64,000 bases of DNA from Zygnema circumcarinatum SAG 698-1b (lineage: Eukaryota > Plantae > Zygnematophyceae), in contig CM074804.1 in NCBI GenBank assembly GCA_037447605.1, forward strand, positions 1,426,001 through 1,490,000, written 5' to 3'. Every line of letters starts with the position of its first letter. Within the stretch, counting starts at the first letter, position 1. Positions 35,010-49,767 of this stretch are shown one piece after another. The notes beneath the pieces are model-generated. The model did no database searches. It was not told the DNA's origin and was given only the letters and a program-made list of their open reading frames with translations. A program made the position numbers and the translations under genes.

Positions 35010-35869
35010 CAGGGAGTTTTGCAGATATAGTGAAGATATAGTGTCTTTTTGAAAAGAAAAAATCACTTTTTTGTTGGAGTGTTGGAAGTGGTGGTGGTGA
35101 GGAGGAGTTGGGAGGGGGGGGAGGGTTTTAGGGAGGTCGATGTGGGACCCTAAAACCCTAAAGGCGAGGAGTGGTGTTGGGATGAAGGTTAGTGTTCGGA
35201 GGAAGGGGGAAAGGGGGGGGGGGGGGGCAGGCATTCAAAAATCCCTTTATATTAAAAATCTCTTTTATTATTTTTTCAATTTATTTTCATTCGCATTTTG
35301 TCTCCAAGGTTTTTTTTTTATATATATTTTTTTAAGGATAAGAATAAGAAATGTAAATGGCATTCAAAATGGGATAGGGAGGGTGCGCCTCTGAAGAAGG
35401 GGACAAGTGAAGGCGACCGCCGGTAACGGGCGGTGATGGACGGCGACCGACCGACAGTGACGGCTGTCGACCGACGGTGACCTTTACCACCGTCAAGTGA
35501 CGGCGTCTGGGTTCAGAGGCGTACGGACACGAGCCGAAACGAAGAAAACTTTTTAGGGCACCTTTTTTGGGATCCAGAATTTATTTTTCCATTGACGCTC
35601 GCTGCGTGAAAATGTTCCACTCAGCCTGGCCGAAAACATCGTGAGTCGTGTTCCCCGGAGGTGATTGGCTCCCAAACGTTTTTGTGACTGCCCGAAAAAA
35701 CATTTGAACGACCCGAAAAGGGAGTCTATTTCCCGAAAAGTCCTTGTGTCCGCGTTTAAAAATATTTTTTTCATTACCCGTCCCAGAAAAAAAATTCCAT
35801 CTCGAAAGCGCCCGCGGACGCCTGCTCCTGACGGGCTCTTTCACTGCGAAACTCTGTGGCCAAGCCCAG

Positions 35870-35888
35870 CCAATGTTAGTTCGCCACG
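35870..35888 (+). promoter_or_regulatory. ERSE-I-type composite CCAAT-N9-CCACG upstream of NDPK1
   Basis: CCAATgttagttcgCCACG, about 190 nt before the ATG. Confidence 0.5.
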
Positions 35889-36077
35889 TGTCCATGTTGT
35901 ACACATGGCGGCTTCTTAATGGTGGGAGCTTACAATGGTTATGCAAAGGTGCTCTGAGAGAGAAGGCAGCCCTCAGTTCAGTGCGAAGGCCTGCTGCTGC
36001 TTTTTAGGTCATTTGTGGCCCTCTGAAGACTCTGAAGACCAGCTCTTGGTCGGAGCGCAGCAGCACATCTCGCCGCG

Positions 36078-37901
<1,824 letters not shown>

Positions 37902-38883
37902 ACAGCCCTCTATCAATTTTGAACGAGGAGATGATTACTCCACAATTTAATGCGAACTATTTTCAGATTTGACAGCGAGCTTGATCGATGATGGAAGTGC
38001 AGTCTTATCTGATGGGCTGGAGCTTGAAATATTCCTGTGGTTTACTTGGGACTTTGGTTCACTGTTCTACTACTGGTTTCTGCTTTGGAATGTGGTCATC
38101 TCCCAATGTATTCACCATATAACGTAAAAAAAGGAGGGGAATGTGTGAGGGTAGCGTACTTCAGTGAATGGCATGCTGTGTGGCTTGGCTGAGTGCAGAT
38201 CTAAGAAAGATCATTTGATGACATGAGCTCGTAAACGTTTGCCTGATTTTGGAACACTGAGTTCCCTTAATCGAGTCAGCTAGAGCTTCAACTTCCGAGT
38301 TGCAGTGGGAAACGAACTGTTGGGGTAACCACGTGTGCCAATCCGACAAGCACATGCGAACGGGCCATGCCATGCCATGTCCATGTCCATGTCCATGTCC
38401 AGGACCACGCCCTTGGGCATGTCCCTGTCCATCAAGCATCCAGAAAGAGCTCCCTTCTCGCACACATGACCCCCGTATTGTGCCCACATGGCCGGATGGG
38501 CTCGGACGAGGCGCACCTGCACGACCCTGTGCGATGGACCATGATGGGACACACTGGGCAACAGGGAAATGGTGGACCCAAATTGTGGACCATGACGGTT
38601 AATCATTCGCCAAGAGAAAGCTTGACCTTAGCTTTTGCTGATTTTGAATTTTATATTTTCAGGAAATGTTTTTTAAAGAATTTATTTATTTATGCATATC
38701 TATATCTTTCATCGCCAATTCATTTCTCGTTTTTATCATCGGTGCCGCAACAGCGAACTGTTCGGAGCCACGCTACAGGGGACGGCTCCTCTCTCAAACC
38801 CTAAAACTGCATAGAGCCTCTCCCATTGCGAAAACTGCTCAAACACCACCAGTCGTGGCTCACCACGTTGACACTTTTGTCCA

Positions 38884-38902
38884 CGTGGCACGTCGCGATT
38901 GG
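38884..38902 (-). promoter_or_regulatory. ERSE-I-type motif upstream of p24 gene A
   Basis: CGTGGcacgtcgcgATTGG, about 130 nt before the ATG of a secretory-pathway gene. Confidence 0.55.
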
Positions 38903-39032
38903 AAGATGGTCGACTACAGTTGTCAATGGACAGCCTTCGCTTTACCAACGACCAGTGCCCTCCCTCCCCTCCATGCCCCTCCCCCTCCCCCTTGCTCTCT
39001 CCCCCTCCCTCTCCCTCCCTCCAGCCCAAGCC

Positions 39033-40943
39033 ATGGCGGGCGCGTTGCGGCCCTTGTTAGGGCTGGTGGCGGTGCTGGGCCTCCTCGCGGGGCGCGCGCA
39101 GGGGCTTATGGTGGCCGTGGACGGGCGCGAGTGCTTCTCGCAGCACGCGGACTACGGGGACCTCGTCACGGGGAGCTTCGTCGTCGTCGATGTGGACAGC
39201 TCCTGGCGGGATGAAGCCACATCCATTGACTTCTCGGTCGGCTCTCTCTCTCTCTCCCCCTCACTCTCTCTCGTTCCCTCTCTCTGTCTCTCTCATCCTC
39301 TTCCTTTATCTCGCTGTTTTTGTCTCTTTATTTATGTCGTTCGCTCTCTCTGTCTCTGTTTCCCTTCCTCTCCGTGTCTCTCTCTCTCTCTGTCTTTCAA
39401 TCTCTCCGCTCTTCTGTGTCTCCCTCTCTCTGTCCCTTCCTCTCTCGCTCGTCCTCTCCCTTTATCTCTCTTTCTTTTTTTTTCTCTCTCTCTCCCTCCA
39501 TCTATGTGTCTCTCACTGTCTGTTCTCACCCTCTCTCCCCTCCTCCCGCTCTCTCTCACTCACATTCTCTCGCTTTATTTCTCTGATCGCTCTCACAAAT
39601 TTGTACTCCCACCCTCTCACACTCTCCTTGATCGCCCTCTCGCCGTCCGCTTCGTTTACGTTTTTTCGCTGTTCGTCTATTCCTCTCGTCTCTCTCTTCT
39701 ATCCTCCCTCCTAAGCAAGCCCCAAAAACTTTCTTTGTTGCTTCCATTCTGAGAGCAGTTCTTCCTTTCTCTGAAGTTCACTGAAGCAGATTTTTTTCCC
39801 GAATTTCGTTTCCCTTTATTCACTCGTTAACCAACCTATATATGTATTCAAAGTCCATCTAAAAAACATATTTGTCACGGAAAGCGAGGTACCAATTCCC
39901 ATTATAACTTGTGCTCAGTTCCGTTGCCTTCTCTGAACTGGTTCCATGTGCGCAGATCCTTCATCCCAACGGAGAATCTATCTATCATGTAGAAGATCGT
40001 GACGAGGACTCCTTTGAATTTATGGTCATGCAATCGGGAATCTTTCAGTTCTGTTTGGAGCAACATAAGCATCATATAGTCACCGTTGAGCTCAACTTTC
40101 AAATAGGACATCTCAGTCCTCTTGACGATTTAGCTACCGACGGTAAGCCCCATTTATGCCCCTCCTTCTTAGAATAAAACAAACAAAGATAGAATACGAG
40201 AACTTTATTAAATTATCAAACGAAAGATATTGTTCTAAAGCTGGATTGAGAGGTTTTTTGGATCCTTGTGCCTTTTTTGCAGAGCACATGGCAGAAATGA
40301 TGCATCAGGTAGAGGAGATCCGCATAAATGTCGGATTAATAGCTCAAGATCAGGCTAGATTTAAGGCTCGGGACATTCGGCGCAAGAAAAGTAAGTGATG
40401 TTTTACTCCCCCGAATTTATGTCTGCATGCGTTTCTCAGTTCAACGGGACGGAACTCGGAACAGGAAGTGACTGCTGTTAAGTCTATTTTTTCAAACTCT
40501 CAGAGTTCTGTATCACTGAAGAACCGAGAAAATTTGTAAGCCGAGAGGCGCCTCGAGAACTCTGAATGCTCACAGCTTTCGGTAACTTTTAAAACTCCCA
40601 AGTGATCAAGGCTACGAGAAATGTCTTTTCAACTAGAGAAGTTCTAAATGTCGTATGGTTTGCTTGTGCGACAACTGAAACTGAAACTGAAACTGAAACT
40701 GAAACTGAAACTGAAACTGAAACTGGAACTGGAACTGAAAACGATGTTGAGATTTTCTGTGGTCCATGTGCCCCCAATGACAAGGGCGCGTTTTGCGTTG
40801 TGGCTGCAGCCAATGAGAGCACCAACCGCCGCCTGTTCCTCTACACGCTGTTGGAGGCGGCTGTGCTGGTCGGCGCCAGCGTCCTGCAGGTCTATGTCCT
40901 CAGAAGCCTCTTCGAGCGCCAGGCCAAAGCCAGCAGAGCCTAG
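39033..40943 (+). CDS. p24/TMED (emp24/gp25L) beta-subfamily protein, copy A (4 exons)
   Basis: Signal peptide; GOLD domain (ECF..GDLVTGSFVVVD, FEF..SGIFQFC); coiled coil (EHM..KARDIRR); TNESTNRR plus a TM segment LLEAAVLVGASVLQVYVLRSLF. Confidence 0.92.
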
Positions 40944-41776
40944 GGTTCAGAGTTTAGGGTTCAGGGTTCAGGGTTTAGGGTTTAAGAGTTAGGGTTTCAG
41001 GGGTTTAGGGTTGGAGGCGCTCGCTGTAAGTTAAGTGCAGGAACAGTTCTATGCGACAGTTTTGCTGAGATGGCCCGCATGTGAGTATATTTCCGTCGTG
41101 TTCCATGCTTAGGGTTTGTTCAGTTGTAGGTCCGTTTGTTGTAACTCATGGAAGGGAGCTTGTGAGAGAGGGCTGTTGCCTGTTCACACCATAAGTCTTC
41201 GACGGTTTACATGTTGTAGTTATGGTTTTCTTCCTCCATGTAGGGTTGGGATGATGTGCTCCATGACGATGCATGCGCATGCATGCACGCATGGTGTATG
41301 CAGGATGTGTTCCATGTTTGTTGAGTGATGTATGGGAATGGTCGGAGTTGTCGTTAGATTGTCGTTGCCTTACATGCGAAGGCATGTACGTGGACATACA
41401 AATGGCCATGCTCGGTCGCACATCGACATCGAACGGTCACAGTCTCCCATTAGATTGCTACAACGAGGCACTCACAGCCTCTCTATGTACGCACGCCTGT
41501 GATTCGAGAGCCAATTTATGAACAGAACGAAACTATCACAGATGCAGCGGCTAGCAGCTCTTCTTGATACTGTAGATGCACTGAGAAAAGCAGCGGGAGG
41601 GAGAGGGAGGAGAGGGAAGGGAGGGAGTGGGACGAGAGTGAGTAGGAGGGGGATTGGGGGAAGAGAGTGAGTGGGGAGGGGGGAAGGGGGAAGAGTGGGA
41701 GTCGGAGGAGAAGGGGCAGTGGGAAAGAGAGGGAATGTCGTAGGAGAGGGAGGATGCTGCGGAGCAGTCCCTTCCC

Positions 41777-43770
41777 TCAGCGTCTGCTGTCGGCGCTCCT
41801 CTCAAAGAGGCGGCGCAGGACGAGGACCTGCGCCACGCTGGCGGTTACGAGCACAGCTGCCTCCAGCAGAGCGTAGTGCGCCAACCGCCGGTGGGTGCTC
41901 GCAGTGACTGCAAAGAAGGGGGGAGCTGCGGGTTAGGCCTCACGAGGGAGGGGGAGGGGGAAAGGGAGAGGTGGGGGAGGGAGCGAGGGGGGTGGGAGGG
42001 AACAGGGGAGAGGTGGGGATGGGAGGAGAGGGGACAGGGGGGCGAGGGGAGAGGGGGATGGGAAGGGACAGGGGGGAGGGGGAGAGGGGGATGGGAGGGA
42101 ACAGGGGGGAGAGGGGAGGTGGGGAGGGAGGGAGGGGGGAAAGGGGAGGGGGAAGGGTAAGGGGGGGAGAGGGAAGGTAGGAATGGGGGAAAGGCGAGGG
42201 GGTGAGAGTGGCATCTCTCACTTTGATGGCGGCGGATGTCTCGAGCTTTGGAGTACTCTTGGTCCAATTCTATTTTCCTCAACTCCTCAATAATTGCTTC
42301 TATGCGCACAAGTACCGGTTTCAAGTGATCTGCGAAAATCCCTCAAAAAGAAAAGAAAAAAAAAGGGGGAATCAACAACATCGAAAGTTGAACAGGAGTG
42401 GACTGAAACTCAGTTCAAGTTCTAGGTTACATTTGCAATCGTGGAAATCTCTTGCTTTAGAAAAAGGACCACGCATAAAGCCCTAATTTCCCCAACTCCT
42501 ACGAGCCCCTTGAACTCTTACAAAGCCAAAAAGCTTAAAAAACCCTAAACCCTCGGAACCACCAGACTTTACGAATCTTGAGAGCCTTTCAACTCACGAG
42601 CCCTGAACCCTAAACTCTAAAATTGTTAAGCAATTTATACCCTAAACCCTGATATCCTGAAGCACTAGACCACTAAAACCCTAAACACTGAACCCTTTCA
42701 ACCTAAAGCACTGGACCTATAAAACCCTAAACCCTGCGACTTGAAACACTTAACCCTAAATCCTACGACTTGAAACACTGAGCCCTAAACCCTACGACTT
42801 GAAACACTAAACACTAAACCCTAAATGCAAAGAGCAAAGAACCCAACATCAGAAGTAAATTTTCTCACCGGAACTCAAAAGAACGCCCTCGTCTGAGTCC
42901 GACGGAACTGCAAATGGCTGCGACGCATGGATCTCGATTTCAACGGTTTCCGGCACGGGCGAATGATTATTGAAACAGAACTGGTACACACCGAACAGTT
43001 GAGCCTTGAATTCAAACCGCGCGTCCGTACTCCCGTGGACGAAGTGAACTATAGTTCCAACGGGGTCATTCACCTGCCAAAAAAAAAAAAAAAAGGGGGA
43101 GGGGGAGGGGATTGATTTTAAAATTCAAAAATAAAATTGAAGCAAAAAAGATTTTCTTTATCAGATGCTTTAAGTTTGGATTGTTTGGAGAGATTCTGAA
43201 TTTCTTTTCCTTTCCTTAAAATTACAAAATTAGCCCCTACCGTGTCTCCCTACATTTCCTGATTTTCCATGCTGCCAGTTTCTCCGTTCCGTCATCAGTT
43301 ACCTCCCTGCATGGAACAGCCACGGCAAGTCCTCAAATTTTACGATGCGAACCCTAAACCCTAAATCCCTCTTCTTTCAGGAATGTTCTATTCCCAAAAA
43401 AATTAAGCTTTCAGGTTTTTCGGCGAAAACCTCAAAAACCCAACACAGTTTTTCAAAAATTCTTCCTTTTTTTATTAATTCACGTTTAGAACCTTTTTCT
43501 GCGTTAAAAAAGAAAAATTTAAAACAAATGGAAATTTCTCCCTCCTACCACGAGGTCCAGCGTGGCGTAGTGGTCCCTCCAGGGGCTGTCCTGATCGTAA
43601 ACGACAAACGAGCCCGTCACCGTCTCCCCCGCCGCCACCTCCTCCTCCAGGCACTCGCTCCGCACAATCGTGAACCGCAGGGCTGACGTGGCACCCGCCC
43701 ATTGGCTCAGGAGGACCCCGCACGTGAGAGCCGCCAGCCGGCTAAAAGGGTTGCGCCACGTGCCGGCCAT
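41777..43770 (-). CDS. p24/TMED beta-subfamily protein, copy B (4 exons)
   Basis: MAGTWRNPF..ALRFTIVRSECLEE..GETVTGSFVVYD|VNDPVG..FEFKAQLFGVYQFCFNN..PETV|EHMKPV..KARDIRRHQ|..THRRLAHYALLEAAVLVTASVAQVLVLRRLFER. Confidence 0.92.
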
Positions 43771-44133
43771 GGCCGCGACCTCGCTCTGAAGGGCGCAGGG
43801 GGCGCAATCAGTGGTTTGAGAATGTGACAAGCTGTCCGTACGGATGGGATTCGTACGATACCTCATGTGTTCGTACATGAAAAGGACACTACCGAACTGT
43901 ACGGTCAACAGCAAACTGTGGAAACTTTGCGACTGAACGACAAACTGCCGCACGGAACCCCTCCCGCCTCCGAACGCCCCTCCCGCTCCCAGCCGCCATC
44001 GCAGCCCTCCCTTCCTCCCTCCCTCACCCCCGCCCTCCATCCCACTCTCCCTCCCATCCCACTCCGCCCTCCCCATCTCCTCCCCCCTCCCTCCCTCCCT
44101 CTCTCACCCCCTCCCTCCCTCCCNNNNNNNNNN

Positions 44134-45690
44134 CCCCCCTCCCTCCCTCCCTCTCCCCCCTATCCCTCCCTCCATGGGTGCGCGGCGCGAGCAGTTCCGA
44201 TGGGGCGACGCGGACGAGGAGGACGAGGGCGGGCTGGAGGGCGTGCTCCCGCCCCCGCAGGTGGTGGGCCCCGACGAGCGCGGCATGAAGCGCGTGGTGG
44301 AGTGGCGCCTGCAGGAGGACGGCCAGCGCGTGCGCCGCACCACCACTCTGCGCGTGCGCCGCGCGCTCGCGCGCTTGCACCCGCGCGCCGCGCGCCGCCG
44401 CCACCTCTCCAAGTTCGGGGACGCGGCGGGCCAGGTGGGGGCCAGGGTTCAGGGTTCAGGGCTCAGGGGCTTGGGGATGAGGGTAGAGGGATTCAGGATT
44501 CAGGGTTCAGGGGCTTGGGGATGGGGGTGGAGGGGTTCGGGGTTTGGGTTCAGGGCTTAGGGTTTGGAAGGGAGGGGAGGGGATGATTGGATCGTGTGGG
44601 GGGGTGGGAAGAAGAGGCTTCGGAGGTAGGGTAGGGTTTAGGCTTGAGGGGGGGGTGAGGGTTTTGGGATGAGAGGCTGGTATGGGTGGGGGGGTGAAGG
44701 GAGAGGGAATATAAGGGAGAGGGAGGGGTGGAGAGGGGAGATAGATGGGGGCAGGGGCTTAGGGCGAGGGGAAGGGTTCAGAGGAGGGTGGGATGGGGGC
44801 TTTGAAGGGGAAGGTCTGTGGAAGTAAGAGCACTTATGCTGAATTGCATGATTAGGTTCAATAAGCTTGTGCTGTTTCGACCGTTCCTTTTCGTAATAAA
44901 CTCGATTCTGTACAATTCATGAAAAGAACTGTCAATATGGGCCAAAGAATTTCAAATTTAGAAGCAGTCTACAAGCAAGGGGGAAGGGATATGACAACAG
45001 GACTTAGGATGTTAAAGCGGGTTAACTACACGTCCGGGCTACTCTTTTATTGGAATTTAACGAAAGAGAACTCTAATTTCAGCAAATGCTTCGTCTCCGT
45101 CCTCCTCTCACCCTCCTCTCCTCCATCTTTTTCCATATCTTTATCCGCTTCCTCCACTTTTTACCATTCGAATCCATCTTCCTGCTCCCTCCTTTCCCTC
45201 TCCCTCACTCTCTTCTCTACCTCACTGCCCTTGAGTCTTGCTGTTCCCCGTCCCTCCATCATCCCCACTCTCTGGCCTTCCCGTTCTCCTTTCCCCTTCC
45301 TCTCCTTCAATTAGCCTCTCCCTCTCTCTCAACAATCTCCCCCTCCCGCTTCTCCACCTCTCCCCACTCCCCTTTCCCCCCATCCTACTCCCTCTCTCCC
45401 GGCTCCCCCTCTCCCTCTCTCCCTCTCTCCCCCTCCTTCCCTTGCACCTCTCCCGCTCTCCCCTTTCCCCCTTTTCTCTCACTCCCATCTCTCCTCCCGC
45501 CAACTCTCAGCCCCTCCCCCTCTCCTTACGCCCATCACACATGCACCCTCTCACATCCTTTCCTCACTCTCGCTCTCTCTCCCTCCCTCTCTTTTTACAG
45601 CTCAGTTCCGACAACTCCACTATGGTCTCCACAGAAGAAATCTTCTTGGAACGCACGAACAAAACCACTGGGAAGACAGAGGAGGCTCCC
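44134..45690. repeat. 1557-bp apparently identical copy of 45701-47257 (eIF3g exon 1, intron, start of exon 2), flanked by N gaps
   Basis: Offset 1567, identical ORF translations in the track, both copies start right after a 10-N gap. Probable scaffolding artefact. Confidence 0.85.
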
Positions 45691-45740
45691 NNNNNNNNNN
45701 CCCCCCTCCCTCCCTCCCTCTCCCCCCTATCCCTCCCTCC

Positions 45741-48022
45741 ATGGGTGCGCGGCGCGAGCAGTTCCGATGGGGCGACGCGGACGAGGAGGACGAGGGCGGG
45801 CTGGAGGGCGTGCTCCCGCCCCCGCAGGTGGTGGGCCCCGACGAGCGCGGCATGAAGCGCGTGGTGGAGTGGCGCCTGCAGGAGGACGGCCAGCGCGTGC
45901 GCCGCACCACCACTCTGCGCGTGCGCCGCGCGCTCGCGCGCTTGCACCCGCGCGCCGCGCGCCGCCGCCACCTCTCCAAGTTCGGGGACGCGGCGGGCCA
46001 GGTGGGGGCCAGGGTTCAGGGTTCAGGGCTCAGGGGCTTGGGGATGAGGGTAGAGGGATTCAGGATTCAGGGTTCAGGGGCTTGGGGATGGGGGTGGAGG
46101 GGTTCGGGGTTTGGGTTCAGGGCTTAGGGTTTGGAAGGGAGGGGAGGGGATGATTGGATCGTGTGGGGGGGTGGGAAGAAGAGGCTTCGGAGGTAGGGTA
46201 GGGTTTAGGCTTGAGGGGGGGGTGAGGGTTTTGGGATGAGAGGCTGGTATGGGTGGGGGGGTGAAGGGAGAGGGAATATAAGGGAGAGGGAGGGGTGGAG
46301 AGGGGAGATAGATGGGGGCAGGGGCTTAGGGCGAGGGGAAGGGTTCAGAGGAGGGTGGGATGGGGGCTTTGAAGGGGAAGGTCTGTGGAAGTAAGAGCAC
46401 TTATGCTGAATTGCATGATTAGGTTCAATAAGCTTGTGCTGTTTCGACCGTTCCTTTTCGTAATAAACTCGATTCTGTACAATTCATGAAAAGAACTGTC
46501 AATATGGGCCAAAGAATTTCAAATTTAGAAGCAGTCTACAAGCAAGGGGGAAGGGATATGACAACAGGACTTAGGATGTTAAAGCGGGTTAACTACACGT
46601 CCGGGCTACTCTTTTATTGGAATTTAACGAAAGAGAACTCTAATTTCAGCAAATGCTTCGTCTCCGTCCTCCTCTCACCCTCCTCTCCTCCATCTTTTTC
46701 CATATCTTTATCCGCTTCCTCCACTTTTTACCATTCGAATCCATCTTCCTGCTCCCTCCTTTCCCTCTCCCTCACTCTCTTCTCTACCTCACTGCCCTTG
46801 AGTCTTGCTGTTCCCCGTCCCTCCATCATCCCCACTCTCTGGCCTTCCCGTTCTCCTTTCCCCTTCCTCTCCTTCAATTAGCCTCTCCCTCTCTCTCAAC
46901 AATCTCCCCCTCCCGCTTCTCCACCTCTCCCCACTCCCCTTTCCCCCCATCCTACTCCCTCTCTCCCGGCTCCCCCTCTCCCTCTCTCCCTCTCTCCCCC
47001 TCCTTCCCTTGCACCTCTCCCGCTCTCCCCTTTCCCCCTTTTCTCTCACTCCCATCTCTCCTCCCGCCAACTCTCAGCCCCTCCCCCTCTCCTTACGCCC
47101 ATCACACATGCACCCTCTCACATCCTTTCCTCACTCTCGCTCTCTCTCCCTCCCTCTCTTTTTACAGCTCAGTTCCGACAACTCCACTATGGTCTCCACA
47201 GAAGAAATCTTCTTGGAACGCACGAACAAAACCACTGGGAAGACAGAGGAGGCTCCCAAAAGTGCAGATCTCGGGGCTATCAATCCGAACGCTTCACTTA
47301 TTGTCTGCAGAATTTGTGGAAAGAAGGGAGATCACTGGACCTCAAAATGTCCCTTTAAGGATTTGGCAGCAAGTAGGGGAATGGCTATTGGAGAGAAAGC
47401 GCCCGATGACGATGCGCCAGGTGGCAGCCTCTCAACGGCCGCAGCTTCCGGAAAGGCCTCTTATGTGCCTCCTTCTATGAGAGCGGGAGCGGGAGCTCGG
47501 ATGGAGGGAGAGAGTATGAGGCAGAAAGGGAGAGATGACAACTCAATTAGGGTTACGAATCTTTCGGAGGACACGCGCGAGCAGGACTTGCAGGAGCTCT
47601 TTGGGCCCTTCGGACCGATCTCGAGGATCTATGTTGCGTTTGATCGTGAAACAGGAGCTAGCCGAGGGTTTGCTTTCATAAATTTTGTGAACAGGTGGGA
47701 CCAGTTTTGCAATATTCCTCCCTTTTTTTCTCATTTGTCTTTTTTAAGGGGGGGGGGGGGGGGGGGGNNNNNNNNNNGGGGGGGGGGGGGGGGGGGGGGG
47801 AGGATCGGATGAAGTATTGTGGGAGCTGCAATGGGAAATTTGGGCAAGTTTTGGAGTTCTGAAGTCTCTGGAAGCTCTGAACCTAAAACTGAAAAGCGGG
47901 AACTGGGTTTGTTGCTGTGCAGGGAGGACGCTGTAAGGGCTATTAACAAGCTGGACAAGTACGGATACGATAACCTCATTCTGAGAGTGGAGTGGGCCAC
48001 GCCCAGGGCAGATCGTGCGTAA
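45741..48022 (+). CDS. eIF3g: Eukaryotic translation initiation factor 3 subunit G (3 exons)
   Basis: RWGDADEED, VLPPPQV.GPD..GMKRVVEW, KFGDA, TMVSTEEIFL, CRICGKKGDHWTSKCP zinc knuckle, YVPPSMR, RRM (SIRVTNLSEDTRE..RGFAF..GYDNLILRVEWA). Confidence 0.97.
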
Positions 48023-48980
48023 AAATGGGGTGTAAGGCCCGCCAGGGTTTAGTAAATTTGGGGGTTTGGGCTCGTCTGAAAGTCGCCATGTCCACAGTGC
48101 CATGTTGGTACGGTGATTTGAATGAGATGAAAACGGCAAAAGAATGGAGCAGTCGGCGCGGAGTGTTGCCACTCACAAAGAGCATTCAAGGGAGGTTATT
48201 TGCATGTGATATGTGTCACAGTTTGTACATGAAAGAAGATGGAACCTTTTTGTTGAACTGCGTCAGCGTGTTGCTGTTCTGTGCTGATCTCTGTTCCGTT
48301 GTAAAACGAATCAGAGCGGTTGTTGCGTGATGATAGCTTCAAGTGCTTCCATCACGACTGGATTTAACAGAGAGAGAGGGGGAGGCGAGCGGAAGAGAGG
48401 GTGGGAGAGGGAGAGGGCGAGGGAGAGGAAGAGGGAAAGAGAGGGGGGGCGAGTTGGGGTTGGGAAAGGGTGATCGAGTGAGGAGAAAAGTTATCTGCTC
48501 AGGTAAAACATATCAGTTATCAGAAATACCTCTACCATGCATGATCTACAGAAATCCATAATATCACACACCAGCAAACCTTAACAATTATTTATAAAAA
48601 AGCAAAAACGTCGAACAAAACTTTTTAAACTACACCACAAAGGACCTTCAAACGTGAACAACCCAACCGAGTATTTTACGGTTTCTACAGAAAAGGTATA
48701 TTTCCTCCGCGTCCTCCCTATTCTCTCTCACTAAAGCTCCCCGCCCGAGAGACACCGAACTATAAATTTTGGACCTCCATTGGAAGGCCCCACTCAAACA
48801 ATAAGCCCTTCAGATCAAAACCCTCAATCCCGAAAAATATGATGACTCAACCTCCCGCCCTTCAAGTTCCCCCTCCGGCACGCGGCCTCAAAAATTTGTG
48901 GTCAATATACAGAAGTGCCAGAAACTGTCCCTCAAAATGATATATATATATATTTGGCTTGAAGGCTGTTCCTTGCTTCC

Positions 48981-49708
48981 TTACAAAACGGCTCCATCGG
49001 GTTCTATGGTGGATCTCAGTCCTTTCCGTGCCATCATCTGAGCATAGAACTCCGCATGCTCCTGTGGAAGGCATCACAAAAAACGCCGATTTGTTGAAAT
49101 CCTACGTCTGATGCAGCGCTGTTCTATGCTCTTCAGTGTGCATCTTCCAATATGATTTGCAAGGAAAGGAAAAGTTGAAATTTATCTCCTTGAGCATCAG
49201 TTGTGAGGCTCATCTATGTAGAATGTATAGCCAAATGGACAATCACTAGAGGAAGACGAAGCATAGGGGGGGGGGAAGAGAAAGAGAGAGAGAGAGAAGA
49301 GATAGGGAAAGGGTTGGGGAGTAGAGAGAGAGAGAATACAGGACCGACTCTCGAAATTGTAGGAAGATCCAAGATACAATCTCCTGGCCTCCTCGGAACA
49401 ACTAATTTGCAATGTCTCACATAAATAAGCATAGGAGTAAGTGCTTACCTTGACCACCACTATGACTAGTCCAGCTCCCAACTGCCGGCTCTCATGGAAC
49501 ACACCCCTCGCTTCGTTTTCAGTTATGTCTGGAACCGCAGTCGGCAGAACTTTCGCAACTGCCACAAGGAAACAAGAACACTTTAACTTTACGGAAGCTC
49601 TAATGCACGATGTACTCGTCAAGAAACTCGGAAGCACATGGCACAAGCCAAAATGGTTTTTTAATCCGAAAGGAAGAGAAAAGGAGGAAGGCGAAGGGGA
49701 AGTGGCGA

Positions 49709-49767
<59 letters not shown>

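Noticed and set aside
38360-38400. CATG-rich runs (also ~2465, 21085, 22170-22320 and 41270) as RY elements
   Set aside because: They behave like short microsatellites in introns, 3' regions and intergenic DNA, with no positional pattern relative to gene starts.
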